Part shown: positions 18,803 to 29,296 of the stretch, in pieces | Layout: each line of letters opens with the position of its first letter | How positions within the stretch are numbered: the stretch's first letter is position 1 | Made by a program: the position numbers and the translations under genes | Assembly: GCA_038231275.1 (NCBI GenBank) | Contig: JBBRLQ010000001.1 | Span: 384,001-448,000, forward strand | Source of the DNA: Polyangiales bacterium | GTDB lineage: Bacteria > Myxococcota_A > Polyangia > Polyangiales > Polyangiaceae | DNA: 64,000 bases | Direction: 5' to 3' | Notes under the pieces: generated by a model | What the model saw: only the letters and a program-made list of their open reading frames with translations | The model's database searches: none | Told to the model about the DNA's origin: nothing

Positions 18803-20611
18803 TCAGTCGTGCTTGTTTGCGCCGGATTTGTGGGCCTTGCCGTGCGGCTTCGCGCCCCCTTCTTGATGCTTCGCCTGGACGGCGTGGGTGCCACCGGCCT
18901 TTCCATCGTTCACTTGTCCGATGGGCGCGAGCGCGATCTCGAGGGTGTCACCGTGTGCGCGCACCTGGTAGTTCGGCACCCCGTCCTTGAAGGCGACTGT
19001 GAGCTCGGCGCCGTTCGCTTCGTTCGAGACGTGGATGGAGGCGATGCGGCTGTCGCGCGAGGCGAGCGGACCGGCCGGCTCGAGCGAGCGGTGGCCGGGG
19101 ATGACGACGCTGAAGCCGGTCGGCTGCGACGCGCCTTCGAGCTTTTCGATCGCGCCGTCCATCTTCAGGTGGAGCACGTTGCCGTGCGCGACGGGTCCGT
19201 TGCCGAAGGGGGCGACCTTCTTCTTGGGGCTCTTCGCCTCCTTGTCGTCCTTCGCGGCGGGCGACAGGCTCATCGGATCAGGCGGCGTCATCGGCGACGT
19301 CAACGTCGGCGTGAGCGAGTCGGAGCCCGGCGGCGAGAGCGGCGCGGGCGTGATGGGAACGTTCATCGGCGCGTCGGGCGGCGGGACCGCGGCGAGCGGG
19401 GCCTGGGGTGCGGGCTTCTTCAGCGCGACGAACGCGAGGATGGCCGCGACGCCGACCGAGCTGGCGATGATCGCGCGGCGCTTGGTGAAGGGAGACTTCT
19501 TCGTGAACGCCTCTTCCTTCATCTCGATCTCGGGCTCGCTGCGAATGACTTTGCGACCCGACGCGTGAAGCGCGCCACCGGGCGGCGGTGCGGTGGTGCG
19601 ACGGAACGGAATGGCGACGTCGTCTTTGCTCCCACCGGCGCGCTTCGCCGCGAGGAGGGCCATCGTGACTTTGGCGCGCGTCATCATCGCGGCGAACGCA
19701 GGGCCGACCTTCGCGGCGCCGCGCGCGATGGCGCCGCGCATCTTGCTCGAGGCCTCTTCCATGGAGAGATCTTCGTTGGCGGCGGCGGTGGGCTGCGGCG
19801 CTGCGGGCGCGGGGTGCGCGTCGGCGGCGGCGTGCGCCTCTTCGTTGGGCGCGCTCTCTTCGGGGACGTCCTCTTCGGGAGCGGATTCCTCGTCGTGTGC
19901 CGACGCGTGCATCGGGGCTTCGTTCCCCTCGTTCGTGTCGTGCTCCTCGGCATCGTGCGCGTGCGCCTCGTGCTCTTCCGCCTCGGCCTCGTGCACGGCG
20001 TGAGCGGGGACGTCGTCGTAGCGGAGCGTCACGACGAGCTGCGGGACGCGGGTCTCGCGATCGATCTCGACTTCGACGCGGTCGATGCACGCAGGGCGCT
20101 TGGCGCCGGACTGCGCGTCTTCGAGCTCGAGCTGCTTGCCGACCTGGAGGAACCCGAGCTCGCTGAACGCAGTGACCTCGGTGCCGCTCGACACCTTCAC
20201 GCGCGCGCGCATCGGAGACGCGAGGCCCTCGATGTGGAGGCGGACGCGCGATCCGGTCGCCTGATCGACGTGGCGTGGAGGAGCGCCCATGCCGAGGATA
20301 CGTCCGAGCGCGGCGACCGCTTCGCCGTCGAGTCCGGTGAACCGCGCGCCGAACTCGCCGCCCTTCCCCTCCTCTTGTTTCCAGGTCACCTCGCCTTGCG
20401 CGGTGACCTGGCGGTCCGGTCCGGCGTCGAAGCGGAACAGCAGAGGTTGACCGACCTCCGGCAGGTAGGCGGTGCGCAGGTGCATGCCTTCCTCCGAGAT
20501 GTCGATGGCCTGGGCCTCGAACGACGGGCCGAGCTCGCCGCCGACCTCGACCAACGCATCAAACGGCACGCGCGTCGTCCCGGCAGCGCGGCGATCACCC
20601 TGGTGGCTCAT
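18803..20611 (-). CDS. PilZ-domain membrane protein with acidic/His-rich linker and C-terminal AMIN-like domain
   Basis: N-terminal DRR...RVP and DISEEG (PilZ DxSxxG); one TM (AIIASSVGVAAILAFVAL); C-terminal DSRIASIHV...AELTVAF...YQV, AMIN-like. Confidence 0.75.
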   Translation of the reverse strand: MSHQGDRRAAGTTRVPFDALVEVGGELGPSFEAQAIDISEEGMHLRTAYLPEVGQPLLFRFDAGPDRQVTAQGEVTWKQEEGKGGEFGARFTGLDGEAVAALGRILGMGAPPRHVDQATGSRVRLHIEGLASPMRARVKVSSGTEVTAFSELGFLQVGKQLELEDAQSGAKRPACIDRVEVEIDRETRVPQLVVTLRYDDVPAHAVHEAEAEEHEAHAHDAEEHDTNEGNEAPMHASAHDEESAPEEDVPEESAPNEEAHAAADAHPAPAAPQPTAAANEDLSMEEASSKMRGAIARGAAKVGPAFAAMMTRAKVTMALLAAKRAGGSKDDVAIPFRRTTAPPPGGALHASGRKVIRSEPEIEMKEEAFTKKSPFTKRRAIIASSVGVAAILAFVALKKPAPQAPLAAVPPPDAPMNVPITPAPLSPPGSDSLTPTLTSPMTPPDPMSLSPAAKDDKEAKSPKKKVAPFGNGPVAHGNVLHLKMDGAIEKLEGASQPTGFSVVIPGHRSLEPAGPLASRDSRIASIHVSNEANGAELTVAFKDGVPNYQVRAHGDTLEIALAPIGQVNDGKAGGTHAVQAKHQEGGAKPHGKAHKSGANKHD

Positions 20612-20732
20612 GGACACATCCTCCGACTTTCCGGATAGGTCGAGTCGCGCGCTCGGGCCAAGTTTCGCTCGGCGAAAGAAGAAGATTTCGCGTCCCATCT
20701 CGGCCGTTTCGGGCGATGCTGGTTCCGCCATC

Positions 20733-22670
20733 GTGCCGAGTCTCCGAGGGTTGCGGCTTCGTTTTCTGGGGGCGTGGGCTTGGCGCGCGTGGCTCGCCGC
20801 CCTGCTCGTCCTCGCGTGCGGAACGAGCGCGCTCAAGCGGCCGGCGGACGTGTCGACGCGCGTGCTCGAGGACGTCCTCGGCGGCGCGCCCGACCTCGCG
20901 CTCACGCTGCGCCTCGGTCGTGCGATGGCGGACTCGCTCTACGGTCCGATCCTGAGGTGCGCGATCGCGCACGGCGCCTCCGCGAGCGCGGCGGCCGATC
21001 TCGCCACGCAAGCCGAGTCGGTCGACGTGTGGATCAAGGACGACGCTCCCGCGCTCGATCAGACGAGCATCGTCGTCGTCGCGCGCGGCGTTTCCGCGTT
21101 CTCGCCGTCCGCGTACGTGCAGGACGACGGGCGCGCAGAGTGGGCGATGGGCAAGCCGCTGCGCTCGGGCGTCGTCGAGCACGCACCGCTCGCGAGCGGT
21201 CACGGCACATGGCTGTACGTCTTGCCGGATCGAACGATCGTGTTCGCGCGCGGCCGCGCGGTGGACCACGCGCGCGCGCATTTCACGACGGCGGCGGTCG
21301 CGCCCGGCCCGCTCGAGAATGATCCGAGCGCGCTCGCGGTCGCGTGGGCTGCGGGACCGCTGGCCGTGCGAATGGGCGGCGAGCTCGGTCGCGAGATCGA
21401 CGGCGTCACGACCGCGGGCTTCACGTTGCCGCCGGGGCCCGACAGCGCGGTCGTCGTCCGGCTCCAGGCGGAGAGCGAGCGACGCGCGGTTGCGATCGAG
21501 CAGCGCGTCCGCGATTGGGGCGTGCGCGACGTGTGCCCGATGTGCCGTGCGCTGGCGCGCTACGTCCACGTGGAGCGTGTCGGCGCGCTCCTCCGCCTCG
21601 ACGTGCGCGCGCCCGCCGCCCAGATCGACGATCTTCGTCAAGCGGCGTGCGCGGCGGGCAAGCCGGTGGAGCACGTCACTTCCCCGCTCCCGCCCGATCC
21701 CACGCAGCCTCCGCTCGCGCCGCCGCGCATCGCCTTCGTCGGCGGAAAGGACGTCACCTTCGCGTGGGCCCCCACCGAGCAAAAGCCCGGCGAGGCCGCA
21801 CTGGTGCTCGGCATGTACGACGAGCGGGGCAAGCTCCTACGGCGCCTCGACGCGACCGGCGGCGCCTGGCACATGCACGGCGACAACGCGCTCGACCTGA
21901 CGCTCGAGCACGTCGTCGTGGGCGGACGCGTCGTCGTCCACGACACCACGTACGCGAAGCACGACGACGAAGCGCTCTGGATTTTCGACGCCGCGACCGG
22001 AAAAAAGACGGGCGGAGTCGTCGTGCAAGCGCGCGGACGCCTCTGCGCGTCACCGACCGAGCCGCTCGTGTTCGTGGAGGACGACGACGCTGCGCGCCAA
22101 ACGATGCTGCACGCCGACACCGGCGCGTTCGAGAAGAGCGCGCGCCCCGCGTGGTGTCCTCCGCGTCCGAAGATAGGCCCCTGCGCGCAGCCCGCCACCA
22201 CCGCGTCGTGCCTCGGCACCGACGCCGCCCCGCGCGTCCCCGAGCTCGCCGCTCACTACGTCCTCGCGCTCGGCGACGACGCCGTCGTCCTCGGCGAGCG
22301 CTCCGAAGGCGGAAGACACGTGGCGATGGCGGTCGGCTTCGACGTCGCGACCCGCGCCGTTCGTTGGACTCGGATCCTCCCGGCGAGCAGCAAGGACGTC
22401 GCCGACGAAGGCTCACCACGCATCGCCGATGTCGCCTACGGCACGCTCCTCGTGGAGTTCGACGAGTGGCACGGCAAGTGGAAGCTCCTCGCGCTCGACG
22501 TGAAGTCCGGCAAGACGAAATGGGAGACGCCCCTCCGCGCCCCCGCCTACTTCGGAGTCTCCCCGACCCGCGTCTGGTTCGCCGACGTCGAGCACCACCC
22601 GGGCGAGAAACCAGAGCTCACCACCCTCCTCCACGCCCTCGACCTAGAGACCGGCAAACCGCCGCCTTGA
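20733..22670 (+). CDS. Hypothetical lipoprotein with C-terminal PQQ-like beta-propeller repeats
   Basis: LVLAC lipobox; propeller blades FDAATGK, FDVATRAVRW, ALDVKSGKTKW, ALDLETGK. Start uncertain. Confidence 0.65.
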   Translation: MPSLRGLRLRFLGAWAWRAWLAALLVLACGTSALKRPADVSTRVLEDVLGGAPDLALTLRLGRAMADSLYGPILRCAIAHGASASAAADLATQAESVDVWIKDDAPALDQTSIVVVARGVSAFSPSAYVQDDGRAEWAMGKPLRSGVVEHAPLASGHGTWLYVLPDRTIVFARGRAVDHARAHFTTAAVAPGPLENDPSALAVAWAAGPLAVRMGGELGREIDGVTTAGFTLPPGPDSAVVVRLQAESERRAVAIEQRVRDWGVRDVCPMCRALARYVHVERVGALLRLDVRAPAAQIDDLRQAACAAGKPVEHVTSPLPPDPTQPPLAPPRIAFVGGKDVTFAWAPTEQKPGEAALVLGMYDERGKLLRRLDATGGAWHMHGDNALDLTLEHVVVGGRVVVHDTTYAKHDDEALWIFDAATGKKTGGVVVQARGRLCASPTEPLVFVEDDDAARQTMLHADTGAFEKSARPAWCPPRPKIGPCAQPATTASCLGTDAAPRVPELAAHYVLALGDDAVVLGERSEGGRHVAMAVGFDVATRAVRWTRILPASSKDVADEGSPRIADVAYGTLLVEFDEWHGKWKLLALDVKSGKTKWETPLRAPAYFGVSPTRVWFADVEHHPGEKPELTTLLHALDLETGKPPP

Positions 22671-22692
22671 TCTTTGAATCGCCCGTGGCGAT

Positions 22693-24258
<1,566 letters not shown>

Positions 24259-24351
24259 GGGGGCCCTTATAGCCTGTGATCCCGCTGTCAGTCCTCAGTT
24301 TGGACGTCTGGTATCTTATGGGTAAGGCCCGTAATCTCGAGGTTCTCCCCC

Positions 24352-25881
24352 ATGACTCAGCCTCTCTCCAGCATGTACGCGTACCCGAAGGCGGGAGAGG
24401 TCCTCGACGGGAAGTACCTGGTCGACAAGATGCTCGGCGAAGGGGGCATGGGCGCCGTGGCGCTGGCGACCCACCAGCTCCGCAAGGCGCGCGTCGCGCT
24501 CAAGTTCATGAACCCCATGTATTTGGCGGTTCCCGGGGCGGTCGAGCGATTCCACAACGAGGGGGTCGCGGCGTCGCAGATCTCGAGCGATCACTGCGTC
24601 CAGATCTTCGACGTCGGCGCGCTGCCGAGCGGCGCGCCGTACCTCGTCATGGAGTACCTCCAGGGCGTCGATCTCTCGGAGCTGCTCCAGCGCGACGGGC
24701 GGCCGGGCCTGCCGACCGAGCGCGCGATCCATTTCGTGCTCCAGGCCCTTCGCGGCCTCCAGGCGGCGCACGCGAAGGGGATCATCCACCGCGACATGAA
24801 GCCGTCGAACTGCTTCGTCATCACGAAGGACGGAGAGGACGACTTCGTGAAGCTGCTCGACTTTGGCATCAGCAAGGTGCGTCAGCCGGGCGAGCAGGCG
24901 CTCACGCAGACCAACTCCGCGCTCGGGACGCCGCTCTACATGTCGCCCGAGCAGGCGAAGAGCCCGCGTGACGTCGACGCGCGCAGCGACATCTATTCGG
25001 TCGGCGTCATCCTGTACGAGCTGCTCACGGGGCGAACGCCGTTCTTCTCGGAGAGCGGCGAGTTCACGGAGATCCTCTACAAGCTCTTCACGAGCGAGCC
25101 GCCGCACATCTCGACCGCGCGGCCCGATCTTCCGTCGGGGCTCGCGGCGACCGTGCACAAGGCGCTCGCGCGCGATCAGAATTGCCGCTTCGTCGACGTG
25201 GTCGAGTTCGCCGAGTCGCTCGCGCCGTTCGCGGGCGCGCACAGTCAGCACTTCGTGCAGCGCATGCGCGGGCTGCCGCCGGGGTCGCGCGTCATCCCCA
25301 ACCAGGGCAGCATGGGCTCGCAGCAGAAGATTTCGCTGCGCCCTCCGCCGCAGTCGGCGTATCCCCCTGGCGCGAGCGACACGGGCGCCAGCGCGGCGGA
25401 GGTGCTCGCGGCGACGATGGGCGCGATGCCGACGGGCAGCGGCGCCGACGTCATGATCCCGAGGGCGCCGCCGATGCCGGGCACGCGCACCGATCTCGGC
25501 GCGACGCGCGACAACACGGCGGGCGGCCTGGGCGCGAAAAAAATTGGGCCGGGTGCGATCGTCTTCGTGGTGGCGCTCCTCGCCATCGCGATCGGCGGCG
25601 TCGGCGTCTTCGTCATCGCTGGCGGCAAGCGGATCACGGGCACGCGTCCGACGGCGACCAGCTCGGTCACCGCCGACCCGCCGCGCGTCGACCCGCCGGT
25701 GCTCCCGTCGACGCCGCTGGTCGTCGCGCCTGCGATACCCAGCGTGCCGACGAGCACGACGCCAAGCGCGACGACGAGCGCGAGCGCGCCGACGGTGACG
25801 CCGAACAAGCCTCCCCCGCCGAACAATCCGCCGCCGCAGAAGCCGTGCGACGCCCTGCACCCCTGCATCCGAACCAATTGA
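24352..25881 (+). CDS. Hanks-type Ser/Thr protein kinase with TM and Pro/Thr-rich extracytoplasmic tail
   Basis: LGEGGMGAV, VALK, HRDMKPSN, DFGISK, GTPLYMSPEQ; TM IVFVVALLAIAIGGVGVFVI. Confidence 0.95.
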   Translation: MTQPLSSMYAYPKAGEVLDGKYLVDKMLGEGGMGAVALATHQLRKARVALKFMNPMYLAVPGAVERFHNEGVAASQISSDHCVQIFDVGALPSGAPYLVMEYLQGVDLSELLQRDGRPGLPTERAIHFVLQALRGLQAAHAKGIIHRDMKPSNCFVITKDGEDDFVKLLDFGISKVRQPGEQALTQTNSALGTPLYMSPEQAKSPRDVDARSDIYSVGVILYELLTGRTPFFSESGEFTEILYKLFTSEPPHISTARPDLPSGLAATVHKALARDQNCRFVDVVEFAESLAPFAGAHSQHFVQRMRGLPPGSRVIPNQGSMGSQQKISLRPPPQSAYPPGASDTGASAAEVLAATMGAMPTGSGADVMIPRAPPMPGTRTDLGATRDNTAGGLGAKKIGPGAIVFVVALLAIAIGGVGVFVIAGGKRITGTRPTATSSVTADPPRVDPPVLPSTPLVVAPAIPSVPTSTTPSATTSASAPTVTPNKPPPPNNPPPQKPCDALHPCIRTN

Positions 25882-25886
25882 GACCC

Positions 25887-27074
25887 ATGAACCGAACGCT
25901 TCGACTCTTCGCCACCGCGAGCTTGCTGGTCTTGCTTGTTTCGCTGGTGAGCTCCCTCGCCGCGGCGCAGCCCAAGAAGAAGTCCATTCGGGACGAGCTG
26001 CCGCCGGCCGCGCAGGTGCTCTGGGACGACGCGATTCGCCTGATGACGGGCGGGACGCCAGAGTGGGACAAGGCCGCGGCCAAATTCCAAGAGACGTATG
26101 AGGCCTCGAAAAACCCGCGCGTCCTCTTCAACGTCGGCGTCTGTGAGCGCAACCTCCAGCACTACGCGCGCGCGATCGCGAAGTTCCGGCAGGAGCTCGC
26201 CGAAGGCGCGGGCAAGCTGTCCCCTCAAGACAAGAGCGAGATCACGGCCACGATCGACGCGCTCCAGCGCTACGTGTCGACGATCGAGGTGACGTCGAGC
26301 GAGGTCGACGCGACCGTGTTCGTCGACGATCAGAAGGTGGGCCAGACGCCCATCGCGCCGATCCCCGCCGACATCGGCGCGAACCACGCCGTTCGCGTCG
26401 AGAAGGAGGGATTCTTCCCCTTCGAGAAGCGCGACGTGCAGCTCTCGTCGAGCGGCCCCGCGAAGGTGACCGCCGAGCTCGATCCCAAGGTGAAGCGCGC
26501 GGAGGTGGAGGTCGTGGTGACCGGTGCGAGCGGCTCGGCGATCTTCATCGACGGCATCGATCGCGGCCCCGCGCCCTTCAAGGGTCTCATCGAGGCAGGC
26601 CCTCACACCTTCGAGGCACGCCTCTCCGGGTTCGATCCGGCGGCGCGACGCGAGGAGGTCATCTACAAGCAGAAGCTCAAGCTCGATCTGTCGCTCGTGC
26701 GCTCGGTCACCAGCGGCCGCATCCGCGCCGAGTCGGTCGACGGCGCGACGATCGAGCTCGACGGCAAGGTCGTCGGCACCACGTTCTGGGAGGGCACGGT
26801 CGAGATGGGCACGCACACGCTGTCGGCCCGCAAGGACGGCTACAACGAAGGCAAAATCGAGGTCTACCTCGCCAAAGGTGAGACGATCAGCCGCCGCATC
26901 CCGCTCACCACCGAGAAGAAGAACGAGTGGGTCTTCTGGACGGTCGGCACTGTCATCGTCGTCGCCGGCGTGGCCACCATCGCCGGGTTCGTCTTCGCTC
27001 CGAAGGATCAATCGCCGGTCGTCGGCACCTTCGATCCGGGTCTCGTCAAGGCAGGTCACGGCATTCGCTTCTGA
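25887..27074 (+). CDS. TPR + PEGA domain exported protein
   Basis: Signal peptide; TPR (VLFNVGVCERNLQHYARAI); three PEGA-like repeats (ATVFVDD..VGQTP, IFIDG...GPAP, TIELDG); C-terminal WVFWTVG hydrophobic segment. Confidence 0.85.
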   Translation: MNRTLRLFATASLLVLLVSLVSSLAAAQPKKKSIRDELPPAAQVLWDDAIRLMTGGTPEWDKAAAKFQETYEASKNPRVLFNVGVCERNLQHYARAIAKFRQELAEGAGKLSPQDKSEITATIDALQRYVSTIEVTSSEVDATVFVDDQKVGQTPIAPIPADIGANHAVRVEKEGFFPFEKRDVQLSSSGPAKVTAELDPKVKRAEVEVVVTGASGSAIFIDGIDRGPAPFKGLIEAGPHTFEARLSGFDPAARREEVIYKQKLKLDLSLVRSVTSGRIRAESVDGATIELDGKVVGTTFWEGTVEMGTHTLSARKDGYNEGKIEVYLAKGETISRRIPLTTEKKNEWVFWTVGTVIVVAGVATIAGFVFAPKDQSPVVGTFDPGLVKAGHGIRF

Positions 27075-27142
27075 TTCGATTTCCGATCATCCAAGTTGGG
27101 CCACATGACGTTCGTGAGCCGCTTACCCCAGGAGAGTTGACG

Positions 27143-29260
27143 ATGCGCTTCATCAAAACGACCCGGACCTTGATCGCACTGAGCCTCGTGGCGGGGACCG
27201 TCACGATGTGGAGCGGGTGCTCTCCCAAGAAGCAGACCGAGCTCGTCCCCGGCGTGTCGACGCAGGTGCGCGTCCCGAAGGAGATGAAGACGGTCCGCCT
27301 CGACGTGACGGTGAACGGGCAGCCGCAGTTCTGCGGGATTTACGACGTCCGCAACGGCACGGTGCGCTTGCCGAGGACGCTCGGGCTCCAGTCGCAGGGC
27401 AAGGGGGGGCCGGTCAAGGTCACGGTCACTGGATATCTCTTCGCGCAAGACGACAAGGACGCGCCGGCCGATCTCGCCAACTGCGATCTGCTCCCGAGCG
27501 TGAGCGCGAAGCTGGATTGGGATCGAAAGCACCCCGACCTCGGCTTCGCGCGCGTGCTCCGGTCGTCGCGGCAGCCCTACGTGGACAACCGCATCTTGTT
27601 CGTCCCGATGCCGCTGCGCTTCTCGTGCTTCGAGGTGCCGTGCCCCGACGAACAAACGTGCAAAGCCGGCAAATGCGTGCCGAACGACACCGATCCGAAC
27701 ACGCTCGTCGATTACAACGACAACCTGATCCTCGGCAACTCGGGCACATGCTTCAGCCCGGCGCTCTGCATGCCCGACGCGGTGCTGCCGCAGCTCGTCG
27801 ACGGCGCGACGTGCAAGTACGCCCTGTGGAAGAGCAAGGGCGCGCCCGATACGGGGAACGTGCCGTTCGTCACGACGGGCTCGGGGCTGAACGTGCGCGC
27901 GTACTACGACGACGGATCGGTCTCCGAGATCCTCGACTTCGACAAGGACGAGGGCTTCTTCATCCCCGATCCGGTGAACGCGCCGCAGACGCTGCAGCTC
28001 GCCGACGGCCTCTGTCATCCGGGTCCGGCCACCGCGCACAAGATCACCGGGCTCGTCGCGAGCGGTCTCTGCGCCCCGAAGACGCCGCTCCAGCCGCTGT
28101 GCGACGAGGAGTCTCCGTCTAACCCGCTGAGCGACGCGAGCACGTCGGGCTCGACCACCGGCGGCGACACGACGTGCGCGCCGATCGAGATCAAACCGGC
28201 CCCGAGCGCGCTCGTCGTCTTGATGGATGACACGCCGCAGATGCAGTCGTTCTTCGGCCAAGCGGCGGCCAAAAAGGTGCTCCAGCTGAGCCTCGGCGAT
28301 CCGGTCTTCGAGAAGACCGATCTCGTCTTTGCGTTCACGCCGAGCGCAAAGACGACGTGCTCGGCGGGATTCTCGCCCGAGCTCGACGGCAGCAAGACTG
28401 TGACCGCGTCGCAAGTCGACATCGCGTCGCTCATTGGCAGCAAGGATCCGACCAACCTGGCGCCTCCGCCGCGTGCACTCTCGGTGGCGCTCGACGGCGC
28501 CTACAAGAAGCTGATCGCGCTGTCGGCGGCGCGTGCCGTCGCGGGGACCGCGTACAACAAGATCGGGGTGCTCGTGCTCGGCGACGGGACGTTCGACGAC
28601 GACTGCGGGACCGGCATCGATTTCACGCACCTTCGCGACACGATCTACGGCGGCATCGCGACGTACGCAGTCCTCTTCGGCAAGCAGGATCAGACCGAGA
28701 ACCTCACGGGCCTCGCGAACGCGCAGACGCTCGGGAACGCGGGTTTCTTCAACGCCGACGCGTTCACGCCGCAGCCGAAGGACGACACCCGGCCGAACAA
28801 CGCCGCCGATGCTCTGTCGCGCGTCACGCAGGATCTGGCGAGCTGCGTGTACGACGCGCCCGACGCGCTCAAGGGCACCGGTTCGGTCACGTACCTGAAC
28901 CCGCTGCCGCCAGCGCACACAGTGGCGGTCGCGTTCAACGCCAACTGCAGCGGCGCCACGCAGACGACCGAGAAGGGGTGGAACCTCGAGACGGTCGCCA
29001 ACAGCAAGGCCGCGCGCGTGCGCGTGTGCGGAACCGACTGCACGAGCCTGCAGGACGTCCTCAAGACCACCGCGGCGCTGGCGCTCAACTCGAACCAGGC
29101 GCCGCCCGCCGTTCCGATCTACGTCCAGAGCTGCAGCTCGCAGACGGCGACGCCGAGCATCGACGGCGGCGCGCCCCCGAAGGACGCGAGCGCGGGCGAC
29201 AGCGCGCCGCCGCCCGACGCGGGAACCGACAGCGGTCCGGTCGACGCCAGCGGGGGCTGA
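27143..29260 (+). CDS. Cys-rich lipoprotein with C-terminal vWA-like domain
   Basis: GGAG upstream; lipobox WSGC; Cys-rich N-half; ALVVLMDDTPQM (degenerate MIDAS), VLVLGDG, TYAVLFG; myxobacterial-type tail (SCVY..P...VRVCGTDC). Confidence 0.75.
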   Translation: MRFIKTTRTLIALSLVAGTVTMWSGCSPKKQTELVPGVSTQVRVPKEMKTVRLDVTVNGQPQFCGIYDVRNGTVRLPRTLGLQSQGKGGPVKVTVTGYLFAQDDKDAPADLANCDLLPSVSAKLDWDRKHPDLGFARVLRSSRQPYVDNRILFVPMPLRFSCFEVPCPDEQTCKAGKCVPNDTDPNTLVDYNDNLILGNSGTCFSPALCMPDAVLPQLVDGATCKYALWKSKGAPDTGNVPFVTTGSGLNVRAYYDDGSVSEILDFDKDEGFFIPDPVNAPQTLQLADGLCHPGPATAHKITGLVASGLCAPKTPLQPLCDEESPSNPLSDASTSGSTTGGDTTCAPIEIKPAPSALVVLMDDTPQMQSFFGQAAAKKVLQLSLGDPVFEKTDLVFAFTPSAKTTCSAGFSPELDGSKTVTASQVDIASLIGSKDPTNLAPPPRALSVALDGAYKKLIALSAARAVAGTAYNKIGVLVLGDGTFDDDCGTGIDFTHLRDTIYGGIATYAVLFGKQDQTENLTGLANAQTLGNAGFFNADAFTPQPKDDTRPNNAADALSRVTQDLASCVYDAPDALKGTGSVTYLNPLPPAHTVAVAFNANCSGATQTTEKGWNLETVANSKAARVRVCGTDCTSLQDVLKTTAALALNSNQAPPAVPIYVQSCSSQTATPSIDGGAPPKDASAGDSAPPPDAGTDSGPVDASGG

Positions 29261-29296
29261 CCGCGGCTCGCTAGACCAAGCCGAGACGCCACCGCG

